This document shows, one piece after another, positions 9,927-19,594 of a DNA stretch of 64,000 nucleotides. The position numbers and the translations under genes were made by a program. Under the pieces are notes generated by a model. The model was not told the DNA's origin. It saw only the letters and a program-made list of their open reading frames with translations, and did not search any database. Each line of letters begins with the position of its first letter. The first letter of the stretch is position 1. The DNA lies in NCBI GenBank assembly GCA_963789265.1, contig CAWBKB010000003.1:832001-896000 (forward strand). Reading direction: 5' to 3'. Origin of the DNA: an uncultured delta proteobacterium. GTDB lineage: Bacteria; Desulfobacterota; Desulfomonilia; Desulfomonilales; Desulfomonilaceae.

Positions 9927-11498
9927 ATGATCCGTGACTTAAACCAAGTAGTCTTATTGTGGGACCCCCGGGATCCCGAGGATTTCGATTTGGATCCCTC
10001 CGCATTTCGCGCGATGGGAGTCCAGACGTTGGAGGTTCCATATCCGCAAATCGGCCGGAACGCTGAACTGGTTAGGCAAATCACGGGGATAGGCGCGCAG
10101 GCAGTCGTATTCACGCGAAATGATGAAATGGCAGGCAGTCCGGCCATCGGGGATCTGCTGGCACAACTCCGGATGGGATACACATGTGTGTCGGGAATTG
10201 ACCGGAATCTGGCGAAGGAGCAGACCAAGGAGTGCATCCGCGATTTTCTGGTTGGGGGAGGCCGCGTCGACATTGCGCCGCCCGAGGAATCAGCCCCATT
10301 CATCCCGGGCCAAGCTAAAACAAAAGGCACCTTCTCTTTAATTCTGGATTTTGAGCAATTAGGAGGTGCGAGGTTCGGCCTTTCAAGGTTGCTGCCTTTC
10401 CTCGAATCGGCCGGAATTCAGGCGACTTTTTTCATTACAGGCTTTATGGTGTGGCTGTACCCTGAACTCGTGGAACGAATCGCGTCAGCAGGACATGAGA
10501 TAGCAGCCCACGGATCCATGCACGAGTTCCTCCAGGGGCGACCATTTGAAGATCAGCTCGCACGAATTGCCGATAACGTCCGGTCATTGACGGCATTTGG
10601 CCCCGTAAGCGGTGCAAACTTTATCTACCGAATGGATGAAGTTTCTCCCCGTGCCATGGTCGCGGCCGGTCTCAATTACTTCGTGCTCTTCAGGCAACAC
10701 GTTTTGTACAGATCACGATTCATGGAGGCTTCATGTTTGCCCCGAACGCTTAGGACTTCGGTTGGAGACCTTACTATGGTTCCCATTTCAGCAGAAACGT
10801 ATGCCGGCGATTATCGGATTATAAAGGGCATGGTCGATAGTGCGTGGAAAACTGCTATCAGAGAACAGATTAATCATATCAGCCTATTGATGCACCCTTT
10901 CAAGGACGGATGTCTCGACCGGCTGCCACTCACCAGGCAGATCGTGAAATACCTCACTCAGGATCTTCAATTGAAAGCCACGACGTTAAGCAATCTTCCT
11001 CAACCCAACCCTCCCGGTGCAAACGTCCTTCATGTAGGATACCGTTGGCACGGGTATGAGCCTCCACGCCTGACTGGAGACGCGGAGTCTCGTCTTTCCC
11101 GATCTTGGTGGGCCCCAGTGGTCTATCATTCGAGGCGTACTGAAAACCTGGTTGATGCTCTCAATAGTCAGGAATGCCCGGCGGTCCTTTCCGCTGAAAC
11201 TTCGGGGATCCAGAAAGTCCGAGTTTTACCCGACAAGGTCGCCGAGGGTGCGGGTACCGTCTTTTCTGATCCCATACTAAGACCTCGGGAGACTGCGTTA
11301 TCTATTTTAGAAGCTCTTAGTTATGCGAAATCCATTAACGTAGCCCCCCCTAAATCCTTGAGTGATCACTGGAACTTTCTCATTTTTCATCTCCCTCGGA
11401 CTCGAGAGGATGCGGTTTGGCTTTTACGAAAGATCTGGGGTAAATTCGTAGCGAAGTTGCGAGGTCGGGGCAAGAGGCCGAGAAGACCCATTTTGTAA
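9927..11498 (+). CDS. Polysaccharide deacetylase (CE4/NodB) domain protein with extra N- and C-terminal regions
   Basis: LILDFE, IQATFFITG, GHEIAAHGSMH, LLMHP motifs. The ORF-track start at 9855 lies inside the repeat, so ATG 9927 is preferred. Confidence 0.75.
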   Translation: MIRDLNQVVLLWDPRDPEDFDLDPSAFRAMGVQTLEVPYPQIGRNAELVRQITGIGAQAVVFTRNDEMAGSPAIGDLLAQLRMGYTCVSGIDRNLAKEQTKECIRDFLVGGGRVDIAPPEESAPFIPGQAKTKGTFSLILDFEQLGGARFGLSRLLPFLESAGIQATFFITGFMVWLYPELVERIASAGHEIAAHGSMHEFLQGRPFEDQLARIADNVRSLTAFGPVSGANFIYRMDEVSPRAMVAAGLNYFVLFRQHVLYRSRFMEASCLPRTLRTSVGDLTMVPISAETYAGDYRIIKGMVDSAWKTAIREQINHISLLMHPFKDGCLDRLPLTRQIVKYLTQDLQLKATTLSNLPQPNPPGANVLHVGYRWHGYEPPRLTGDAESRLSRSWWAPVVYHSRRTENLVDALNSQECPAVLSAETSGIQKVRVLPDKVAEGAGTVFSDPILRPRETALSILEALSYAKSINVAPPKSLSDHWNFLIFHLPRTREDAVWLLRKIWGKFVAKLRGRGKRPRRPIL

Positions 11499-11513
11499 CA
11501 ACGGAGTCTCCGG

Positions 11514-12398
11514 ATGGATGATTTCAAACCGATTGAATTAATAGACAAGAAGGTATTTACCGACTTTTTCACTGCAGACCCACCCCTAACTTCCGAATTG
11601 ACATTCACAAACCTCTTTATATGGCGTGGCCGTTACGAACCGTTGTGGCAGGCGCGGGAGGATTGTCTGTTGATAATCTTGAGACCGGCCGATGAAGAAC
11701 CTTTCGGGCTGCCTCCGGTAGGACCCGGCAACAAGGGCGAGGCGCTTTCTTACTTGTTACATCAGCTTGAAAAAGTTTCGCAGAAGCCCAGGATTTGTCG
11801 AGTGCCGAAATATTTCGTAGAAAGGCATGTAGAATCAATTTCATACAGGACAGTCCGTGATCGAGACAACAGCGATTACGTATATCTTTCCGAAAACTTG
11901 ATAAATTTGCCCGGTAACAAATATCATAGAAAGAAAAACCATGTGAACAGATTCAGCAAAAATCATGATTTCGAATATAGGACTCTCGACGAAGACTTGG
12001 CCGAATCATTCCTCGGACTCCAAGAAAACTGGTGTGAATTGAAGAAGTGCGTGGAAGATCCTGCACTGCTCCAGGAAGATCGTGCGATTTACGAGGCGAT
12101 TTCCAATTACAAGGAGCTTGGTTTTCGCGGGGGTGCGATTTCAATCGAATCGAAAGTAGAGGCGTTCGCCCTTGGAGAGCCTCTCAACCGGGACACGGCC
12201 GTGATTCATGTCGAGAAGGCCAACCCCGAGATCCCGGGTCTTTATTCCGCCATAAACCAGCTTTTCTGTGCTCGGGAATGGTCAGGGATGAAATATATAA
12301 ATCGAGAGCAGGACCTCGGCCTGGACAACCTTCGGAAGGCCAAGAAATCCTACTATCCGGACCATCTGGTGGAGAAGTACACTCTGGTCCCGAAGTGA
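11514..12398 (+). CDS. DUF2156 / aminoacyl-phosphatidylglycerol synthase C-terminal-like protein
   Basis: SELTFTNLFIW, DRDNSDYVY, LPGNKYHRKKNHVNRF, HVEKAN, YINREQDLG...LRKAKKSYYP. Confidence 0.85.
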   Translation: MDDFKPIELIDKKVFTDFFTADPPLTSELTFTNLFIWRGRYEPLWQAREDCLLIILRPADEEPFGLPPVGPGNKGEALSYLLHQLEKVSQKPRICRVPKYFVERHVESISYRTVRDRDNSDYVYLSENLINLPGNKYHRKKNHVNRFSKNHDFEYRTLDEDLAESFLGLQENWCELKKCVEDPALLQEDRAIYEAISNYKELGFRGGAISIESKVEAFALGEPLNRDTAVIHVEKANPEIPGLYSAINQLFCAREWSGMKYINREQDLGLDNLRKAKKSYYPDHLVEKYTLVPK

Positions 12399-12480
12399 TT
12401 ATAAAATGGCTCAGTACGGTCATCTATGACTTTGCTCGCAGGAACTCAATGGGTCATAGTTCGCGTGAGAGGACCCGGCG

Positions 12481-12651
12481 ATGAAAATCGAGACGGAACG
12501 TGAAGAGGATGGACAGTGGATCGCGGAAGTACCCGAATTGGCAGGCGTTGCTGTATACGGACAGACGCGCGAGGAGGCCATCAAGAAGGTTGAGTCACTG
12601 GCTCTTCGGGAGATTGCCGACCGACTCGATCACGGCGAGGTGGTCCAGTAG
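12481..12651 (+). CDS. HicB-family antitoxin (short, no adjacent hicA; stop overlaps a REP)
   Basis: Manual translation MKIETEREEDGQWIAEVPELAGVAVYGQTREEAIKKVESLALREIADRLDHGEVVQ*. Confidence 0.8.
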   Translation: MKIETEREEDGQWIAEVPELAGVAVYGQTREEAIKKVESLALREIADRLDHGEVVQ

Positions 12652-12735
12652 GACAGGCATCCTGCCTGTCGCTGACGGACGGGCAGTCCCGCGCCTCACG
12701 GGACCGTCACCACCGCAAGATGCCCGTTGTCGGTC
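12648..12735. repeat. REP-like palindrome cluster
   Basis: GTAGGACAGGCATCCTGCCTGTC then GGGCAGTCCCGCGCCTCACGGGAC; the latter matches the reverse complement of ~60960-60982. Confidence 0.7.
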
Positions 12736-12804
12736 ATTTGTGATATCTCCTATTTTTGAGGATGGTTTAACAGCAAATCTTGTCGGGAACACGGGAAGTT
12801 GCGC

Positions 12805-13785
12805 CTATTCTTCGACCTTTTCCGCAGCGGATCTGCCTCCGTCACCCGTTGCTTCGCTCAGCTTCACGAGCCGCTCCCACTTTTCATTCACTCGTTCCTG
12901 GATGTAGGCAATGAGCTTATCGTCAAGGTGACGGTACCGACCCTGGCCCTTAAAGTAATCTGCGACGGGCACTAGCTGCTTCGGTTTTCGGTTCAGCTTC
13001 CAAACGCCGTTCTCCACTTCGTAGAGCGGGAAAACCCCTGAATCCACGGCCAATTTGCCATACTCAATCGACTTTTTCGGGGGAATCCTCCAACCGGTCG
13101 CGCATACCGACAAAACATGAATGTAAGCCGGTCCGTTGGCCTCTTTGGCTTTCTGAACTTTCTTCATCAGGTCTGTGTAGTAGCTGGGGCAGGCCGTTGC
13201 CGCGTACGGAATCCCGTGGGCTGCCGCAATCGCAGTCATATCTTTCTTCCAGGTGGTTTGACCGGACGGGGTGACTCTGCCTGCAGGGGAAGTGGTGGTA
13301 GAGGCTCCGAATGGAGTCGAAGAAGAACGTTGGACTCCCGTGTTCATGTATGCCTCATTATCGACGCACACATATATTACCTTGTGCCCGCGCTCCATCA
13401 TTCCCGAAAGGGCCTGGAATCCGATGTCGGCAGTCCCTCCGTCGCCCCCCATGGCCAGAACCGTGACATACCGATCGGGGATCCGCCCTTTGCGTCTCAG
13501 CACCTTTAGGCCTGATTCTATTCCGGAGGCTACCGCGGCGGCATTCTCGAAGGCAATGTGAATCCAGGGAATATTCCAGGAAGTCAACGGGTACGGTGAA
13601 GAGATGATCTCCATGCATCCTGTTGCCATTGCCATAATAACGTCAGGCCCGATTGCTTTCAGCACATGCCTGACCGCCAAAACTTCCGCGCAACCCTGGC
13701 AGGCACGATGGCCAGGGTTTATATACTCGTCAGTAGGAAAATTTTTCAGTGGTTTCAAAATCTTCTTTGTGCTTGCTTCAGCCAT
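12805..13785 (-). CDS. porB: Pyruvate/2-oxoacid:ferredoxin oxidoreductase beta subunit
   Basis: GHRACQGC, ATGCME, TPP motif GGDGG...DNEAYMNTGVQRS. Confidence 0.93.
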   Translation of the reverse strand: MAEASTKKILKPLKNFPTDEYINPGHRACQGCAEVLAVRHVLKAIGPDVIMAMATGCMEIISSPYPLTSWNIPWIHIAFENAAAVASGIESGLKVLRRKGRIPDRYVTVLAMGGDGGTADIGFQALSGMMERGHKVIYVCVDNEAYMNTGVQRSSSTPFGASTTTSPAGRVTPSGQTTWKKDMTAIAAAHGIPYAATACPSYYTDLMKKVQKAKEANGPAYIHVLSVCATGWRIPPKKSIEYGKLAVDSGVFPLYEVENGVWKLNRKPKQLVPVADYFKGQGRYRHLDDKLIAYIQERVNEKWERLVKLSEATGDGGRSAAEKVEE

Positions 13786-13812
13786 GGGAGTCTCCCTGTC
13801 GATGTCTATCGG

Positions 13813-14976
13813 TTAACCTCGAACGCCGTACAGATGATATTCGTAGGAGCGCTCAGAAAGGGCCGTGTCAACCATGCTTGAGACGTCGTCCGGTGTGACA
13901 TCTCTCCCTCCGAGGCCCGCGATCATGCAGTGGATCTTCGGCCTTTGCGGTTCGTGATACATGACTGCTTGTAGCTCTGTTGTCACCGGAGCGTTCGCGG
14001 CCCCAAGGGACATGGATCGATCCAAGACCACGACATCTTTGGCCGGGGCCAGGATTCTTCTGAGATCCTCTACGGGGAGGGGCCGCCATAGTCGCAGTTT
14101 CACTAAGCCCACTTTCTTGCCTTTTTCCCTCATGCGATCCACCGCTATTGAAGCAGTCTCGCAGATGGATCCCATGCCGAAAATGAGGGTGTCGGCTTCT
14201 TCAACCTTATAGGTTTCAACTGCCGCATAGTGCCGCCCGGTGATGTGGCCCAACTCTTCCCATGCTTTCAAGATTACATCTCTGGAATTAAGCAAAGCCT
14301 GGTCGTGAGCCATCTTCTGTTCCGCGTAAATTTCCGGCATACCAAACGCGCCCATGGTCAGCACTTTGTCCGGATGAAGTCGGCTCAGAGGTTGAAATTG
14401 CGGCAAGTATTTTACGACCATGTCCTTGGTCCAGAATTCAATCGGTTCGATCACGTGGGTAAGGGTGAAACCATCAACATTAATCATAACAGGGAGTGAC
14501 ACTTTCGGATCTTCAGCAACCCTGAACGAGTGGAAAATATTGTCGTACACATCCTGGCCATTTTCGCAGAAAGTCTGAATCCAGCCTGAATCACGGACCA
14601 TCATAGTATCCGAGTGATCGTTCCAGATAGATAAAGGGCTGCTCAAAGCCCGGTTCGACAGGAACATGACTATGGGGAGCCTCATGGATGCAGCTATGTA
14701 TACGATCTCGGACATCAAGGCCAATCCCTGAGACGCTGTCGCTGTAAAAGTCCTTGCTCCTGCGGCCGAAGATCCGCAACAGACGCTCATGGCCGAATGC
14801 TCCGATTCCACAGGAATGAACTCCGCGTCCAGACTCCCGTCCGCGACCATTTCCGACAGGTGCTCGACAACATGGGTTTGTGGCGTGATAGGATACGCGG
14901 CAACAACATCCGCATCGCAGAGTCCTACAGCTTCGGCCGCAGCAATGGAAACCTCAATTCCTACTCTGTCTCCCAT
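13813..14976 (-). CDS. porA: Pyruvate/2-oxoacid:ferredoxin oxidoreductase alpha subunit
   Basis: AAYPITPQT, VESEHSAM, FTATASQGL, GLGGRD. Confidence 0.93.
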   Translation of the reverse strand: MGDRVGIEVSIAAAEAVGLCDADVVAAYPITPQTHVVEHLSEMVADGSLDAEFIPVESEHSAMSVCCGSSAAGARTFTATASQGLALMSEIVYIAASMRLPIVMFLSNRALSSPLSIWNDHSDTMMVRDSGWIQTFCENGQDVYDNIFHSFRVAEDPKVSLPVMINVDGFTLTHVIEPIEFWTKDMVVKYLPQFQPLSRLHPDKVLTMGAFGMPEIYAEQKMAHDQALLNSRDVILKAWEELGHITGRHYAAVETYKVEEADTLIFGMGSICETASIAVDRMREKGKKVGLVKLRLWRPLPVEDLRRILAPAKDVVVLDRSMSLGAANAPVTTELQAVMYHEPQRPKIHCMIAGLGGRDVTPDDVSSMVDTALSERSYEYHLYGVRG

Positions 14977-15272
14977 TACTCCCCCTCCTCTACAATTTCA
15001 ATCGCGTCCACGGGGCACTCATACGCACAGATGCCGCAACCTTTACAGTAGTCATAGTTCCAGACCATGCGGTTGTTCTCAAAGTCAGGGGAAATGGCCG
15101 CATCGGGGCACATTATGTAGCATCTCCAGCAGCGGATGCACTTTTCTTCGAGATACACCGGCTTCTCCGAACGCCAGGTTCCAGTGTGATAGCATGAGGC
15201 ATTGCCCGGTTCGGTGATCACCCCTCCAGGCTCCACCTCTTGCCATTTGATCTCATCCATGGGTTTGGTCAC
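14976..15272 (-). CDS. porD: Pyruvate/2-oxoacid:ferredoxin oxidoreductase delta subunit (2x[4Fe-4S])
   Basis: TGTWRSEKP, CIRCWRCYIMCP, YDYCKGCGICAYECP; GTG start after GGAGGA. Confidence 0.92.
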   Translation of the reverse strand: MTKPMDEIKWQEVEPGGVITEPGNASCYHTGTWRSEKPVYLEEKCIRCWRCYIMCPDAAISPDFENNRMVWNYDYCKGCGICAYECPVDAIEIVEEGE

Positions 15273-15340
15273 AGTAGTCCTCCCTTTTGAAAAGGCGCCA
15301 GGCATCGCAGGATTTCAAGTTCCGAGGATAATCCATCTAT

Positions 15341-15889
15341 TCACGCAATTACCCTGGTCTCCTCGTATGCTCTCTTCATCGCCTGGATATTCCTTTCCGC
15401 AATTTTCCCGAACCGATGTTTAAACGGTTCCACAAGAGCTTCCACATTGAGCAAGTTCGTTCCCTTTAAGAGCGCTCCTACCATGGTGGTGTTCGTGATC
15501 GGCAATCCAAGTACTTCCCGCGCGATGTTTCCTGCATCCACTATTGCCAATTTTCCGGTGTACGAAAGATGTTTTCTGATCGCTTCAGGATTCTGTGAAG
15601 TATTGAGAATCAAAATCCCTCCCTCACGCAATCCCTCGGTGGGGTTGGCAATGTCCAGTAGTGAGGGATCGAGGACGATTACCGCGTCGGGGTTGTAGAT
15701 CTTCGATCTCATTCGTATGGGTTGATTGTCAACCCTTGCAAACGCAACGACGGGAGCGCCCCTTCTTTCCGGCCCAAAGCTCGGAAACGCGGTGGCATAT
15801 TTTCCCGTAGCAATTGCCGCGCGAGCGACAAGTTCGGCTGAGGTCACTGCACCCTGGCCACCTCTGCCGTGGAACCTCATTTCAATCAT
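15341..15889 (-). CDS. porC: Pyruvate/2-oxoacid:ferredoxin oxidoreductase gamma subunit
   Basis: MIEMRFHGRGGQGAVT, FPSFGPERRGAPV, NTTMVGA. Confidence 0.93.
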   Translation of the reverse strand: MIEMRFHGRGGQGAVTSAELVARAAIATGKYATAFPSFGPERRGAPVVAFARVDNQPIRMRSKIYNPDAVIVLDPSLLDIANPTEGLREGGILILNTSQNPEAIRKHLSYTGKLAIVDAGNIAREVLGLPITNTTMVGALLKGTNLLNVEALVEPFKHRFGKIAERNIQAMKRAYEETRVIA

Positions 15890-15910
15890 GGCTGCCCCTT
15901 TCGGAGAGAG

Positions 15911-16312
15911 TCAATCAAACTCTTCATCATCATCTTGGAATTGATCCATAGCCGGAAATCTCATTTGTTCGCTGATTATTTCCATGCAATTTACGAGATG
16001 ATATTTTGCTTCGGCCAATTGGAGGATCTCGGAAGGCAAGAGTTCCTTTTTTTGCAAATATCCATCGATGCGCTCGTTGAGCAAGGCAATATGACGCAGG
16101 TCTACCTTGAAAAAATCCTCCTCCAGCCCAACTGAACCTCCTGGTGAAGTTACAGATTGGACCAGCTTCATGTCCCACTCGTCAATCTTCTTCCAACGGG
16201 CTACAGTCGCGGGGTGAACGCCGAGCCTTTTGGCCAATTCTTTGTTGGTGATGCGCCCGCGATCGTTCAAAAATGTCTCTTCAGCGATCTTACGGTGTTC
16301 GTTCTTCTTCAT
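15911..16312 (-). CDS. Helix-turn-helix protein (terminase-small-subunit-like HTH), function unknown
   Basis: ITNKELAKRLGVHPATVARWKKIDEWD; GGAG RBS; 21 nt upstream of porC. Confidence 0.7.
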   Translation of the reverse strand: MKKNEHRKIAEETFLNDRGRITNKELAKRLGVHPATVARWKKIDEWDMKLVQSVTSPGGSVGLEEDFFKVDLRHIALLNERIDGYLQKKELLPSEILQLAEAKYHLVNCMEIISEQMRFPAMDQFQDDDEEFD

Positions 16313-16494
16313 CAGATTATCTCCTGCCGGCTGATGCGTGAGGTTGACAACCGGCCATTACCGGAAATATTTATTATTAGCAGATTCCGGTCATTACAAT
16401 CAAGGGCTATCAACCGCCACGAAGCGGATCTCTAGCCTCTCCCGGGCCACCGATATAAACTGCAATCTAACTACGCGCTCGAGCGACTTATGCC

Positions 16495-18330
16495 ATGCCT
16501 GTCAATGACGAATTCCTGAAAAAGCTTCCCACCAGCCCCGGCGTTTACCTTATGTCCGACCGCCGAGGCAAGGTATTGTACGTGGGCAAAGCCGGAAATC
16601 TCAGAAACCGCATTCGCAACTACTTTGTCAAAGGCGGCGATGAAAGGCCGTCTATTCATTATCTTATGGAACGGGTGGACAATATTCGTACCATCCTGAC
16701 TCAGACCGAAAAGGAAGCTTTGATCCTGGAAAACAATCTGATCAAAGAGCATAGGCCAAAGTACAACGTCAATCTACGAGACGACAAGTCGTTCTTCTCC
16801 CTGCGCTTGAACATCTCTCATCCTTATCCCAGGCTTACATTAGTACGCACTCAAAGAGTCAAACCGGATGGCGAACGCTACTTCGGCCCGTACTCTTCGG
16901 CTAGGGACGCACGTATCACCTTGAATTTCATTCGCCGGCTCTTTCCGCTGCGCCAATGTACTGAACGGCATCTGGCAACCTGCACGAGACCGTGCTTGAA
17001 CTGCCAAATGAAGCGCTGCCTCTGCCCGTGTGCAGGAAAGGTCGAACGGGAAGAATATCGCCGTATGGTGCAGGAGGTCACACTCTTGCTTCAAGGAAGG
17101 GCTGAAGACCTGTTCAAGACGCTCAAGCACGAAATGGACAACGCTGCCAAGGATCTACGTTTCGAAGAAGCTGCCAAGATCAGAGATCGGCTTGCCGCGG
17201 TGGAACGAACTCTCGAAGCGCAGAACGTCTCATTTTTTCACCTGAAGGATCAGGATGTCATAGCGTTGGCGGAGGGGGAGACTCATCGCTTCGCGGTGGC
17301 GGTACTTTCGTTTCGCAAGGGTAATCTCCTGTCCGCCGAATCCTTTCTCTTCAGAAATCCGGCCCTCGATGCAGAAGAGGTTTTGGCCTCATCCATCAAA
17401 CAATATTACGGCGCGGGCGGGTTTGTTCCCAAAGAGGTGCTAATTTCTCATCCCATAGAGCAGGCGCAACTTGTCGAGGCGTGGCTTTCCGAATTGCGAG
17501 GCAATAAGGTAATTGTGAGGGTTCCCCTGCGCGGCCAGGGAGAACGCCTTATGCTGCTGGCTATCAAGAATGCCCAGGACGCGCTTTTGCGCGAGACCCA
17601 AAAGGATTCCGTGGAAAATGCTTTGCAGCAAGTTGCATCGAAGCTGCATCTACCGTCCCCCCCGCGACTTATCGAAGGTTACGACATTTCGAACATAGGA
17701 GGCAGCCAACCGGTCGGAGTAAAGGTATCATTTAAGGATGGAAGGCCGGACAAAAGTGGGTATCGCCAGTACAAGATCAGGGGATTTCCGGATCAGGATG
17801 ACCCGGGAATGATCCATCAGACGATCACCCGCCGCGTATCACACAGGGAACAGGAGCCTTTGCCTGACCTGTTACTTATAGATGGAGGGAAGTCCCAACT
17901 CAATGCAGCTTCCCAGGCGCTTCGGGAGAATCCGGGACGTGAGGAGGTGCCGGCTCTTGCGGCGATTGCCAAGGCTCGAGCCGAAGGCGAGGAGGAGCGC
18001 TTTTATCTGCCTAATAGAAAGAATCCAGTCGTTTTTCCCAAGGGTGCCCCCGGCCTGTTGCTTCTCATGAGAGTTCGGGACGAAGCTCACAGATTCGCAC
18101 ACACATTTCATACGAAAAGTCGAAAAAAGGCGGTGATCGGCTCGGCCCTGGACCAAATTCCCGGCATAGGCCCGAAAAAGCGCCAGGCGCTTCTGAGAGC
18201 ATTTGGAAGCGTAAAGGAGTTGCTCTCGGCCGCTGACGAAGATATTTCGGCTGTTCCAGGTATTGGCAAAGCGGATGTGGAGCGAATCCGTGCTCATTTC
18301 AGGGAGAAGGAGATCGGCCTAACTGCATGA
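16495..18330 (+). CDS. uvrC: Excinuclease ABC subunit C
   Basis: LPTSPGVYLM, LYVGKA, EALILENNLIK, IEGYDISN, LLLIDGGKSQL, RDEAHRFA, C-terminal HhH. Confidence 0.97.
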   Translation: MPVNDEFLKKLPTSPGVYLMSDRRGKVLYVGKAGNLRNRIRNYFVKGGDERPSIHYLMERVDNIRTILTQTEKEALILENNLIKEHRPKYNVNLRDDKSFFSLRLNISHPYPRLTLVRTQRVKPDGERYFGPYSSARDARITLNFIRRLFPLRQCTERHLATCTRPCLNCQMKRCLCPCAGKVEREEYRRMVQEVTLLLQGRAEDLFKTLKHEMDNAAKDLRFEEAAKIRDRLAAVERTLEAQNVSFFHLKDQDVIALAEGETHRFAVAVLSFRKGNLLSAESFLFRNPALDAEEVLASSIKQYYGAGGFVPKEVLISHPIEQAQLVEAWLSELRGNKVIVRVPLRGQGERLMLLAIKNAQDALLRETQKDSVENALQQVASKLHLPSPPRLIEGYDISNIGGSQPVGVKVSFKDGRPDKSGYRQYKIRGFPDQDDPGMIHQTITRRVSHREQEPLPDLLLIDGGKSQLNAASQALRENPGREEVPALAAIAKARAEGEEERFYLPNRKNPVVFPKGAPGLLLLMRVRDEAHRFAHTFHTKSRKKAVIGSALDQIPGIGPKKRQALLRAFGSVKELLSAADEDISAVPGIGKADVERIRAHFREKEIGLTA

Positions 18331-18379
18331 TGAAGCGGTTAGGGATCATTTCTTCTCCCGAGAATTGGTATAGGCAGGA

Positions 18380-19165
18380 ATGAATGAAATCCTCCATCAA
18401 ACCGTGCACTCCAGGGCAACGATGCCGCCGGTCAACGTCCTTGGCGTCACAGTTGACCGCCTCACGCCGGAGACTCTTATTCGGCAAGTGCTTGCAACGA
18501 ATCCAAGGGACAAAACCATCACCGTGATGTACGCAAACGTTCATGTTTTAAATACAAGCCGAAGAGTCCATGATCTCAGGCCAATCCTCAATGGCGCGGA
18601 CATAGTTTACTGCGACGGATCGGGCGTAAGGCTTGGGGCACGCATTTTGGGCCATAGTATCCCGCCTCGTATGACCGGAGCAGACTGGATAGAGCACTTG
18701 TGCGCCGTGTGTGCTGATCGAAAGGCCGGCCTTTATCTTTTGGGAAGCCGCCAAGGAGTTGCCGAGAAGGCGGCGGAAGTGTTGCAGACCCGATGTGGTG
18801 GTCTAAGCATCGTCGGTACTCACCACGGGTACCTACAAGATCCGGCAGTCAGCGCAGCCGCAATAACCGCCGTAAATACAGCTCGTCCTCACATTTTGTT
18901 TGTCGGCATGGGCACGCCCATTCAGGAGCGGTGGATATTCGAGCACCGCCGTGAACTGGAAGTGCCGGTTGTCTGGGCTGTGGGGGCTCTCTTCGACTTT
19001 GTTGCAGGCGTGCAACGCCGAGCGCCGCGCTGGATGCTGGATCTCGGCCTCGAATGGCTGCACAGATTCTGGGTTGAGCCAAAGCGCATGTGGCGACGAT
19101 ATATTCTGGGAAATCCCCTGTTTATATGGCGAGTGATGATGCAGAGACTGGGCTTGCTGGAGTAA
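18380..19165 (+). CDS. WecB/TagA/CpsF-family glycosyltransferase (GT26)
   Basis: YCDGSGV, RMTGADW, VGTHHGY, VGMGTPIQERW, VGALFDF, LEWLHRF..EPKRMWRRY. Confidence 0.92.
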   Translation: MNEILHQTVHSRATMPPVNVLGVTVDRLTPETLIRQVLATNPRDKTITVMYANVHVLNTSRRVHDLRPILNGADIVYCDGSGVRLGARILGHSIPPRMTGADWIEHLCAVCADRKAGLYLLGSRQGVAEKAAEVLQTRCGGLSIVGTHHGYLQDPAVSAAAITAVNTARPHILFVGMGTPIQERWIFEHRRELEVPVVWAVGALFDFVAGVQRRAPRWMLDLGLEWLHRFWVEPKRMWRRYILGNPLFIWRVMMQRLGLLE

Positions 19166-19417
19166 TACCAATGCGCCATCAAATAAGTGACAATCTTAGA
19201 CAGGATATAGTGGGGCATCCCGCCCGGAACGCGGGATCACCCCGGACTTCGATCCGGGGATGTAGGGGCCGACCTTGTGTCTGCCCTCTTTCGGGCACCC
19301 ACGAGAGGTGCCCCTACAGTTGATGCCTTCGTACGCTTGCATGACGACATGTAAGGCGGGTTTGAAACCCGCCCCTACCGGAAACACGATGTCACTTGTT
19401 TGAAAGCGAATCGGTAT
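19165..19417. mobile_element. MITE-like element with 27-bp imperfect terminal inverted repeats enclosing REP palindromes
   Basis: Left ATACCAATGCGCCATCAAATAAGTGAC vs reverse complement of right end ATACCGATTCGCTTTCAAACAAGTGAC (22/27). Internal GTAGGGGC...GCCCCTAC (19262-19318) and GGCGGGTTTGAAACCCGCCCCTAC. Confidence 0.75.
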
Positions 19418-19594
19418 ACGAGTTCCGGCTCGCATCTGACAAAGCCTCCCGCGGGATGGCGCCCAAGAATTAATGTCAATTAAGTGCTGGGTGCCACTGA
19501 CCTGGTGCCCAGATTGGCCCATGTCAGTGCAGTCTTTTCCTTGGCCGATTCTCACGGATTGATAGTGAACCCGTGAGGACCTACCGCCGAGAAA

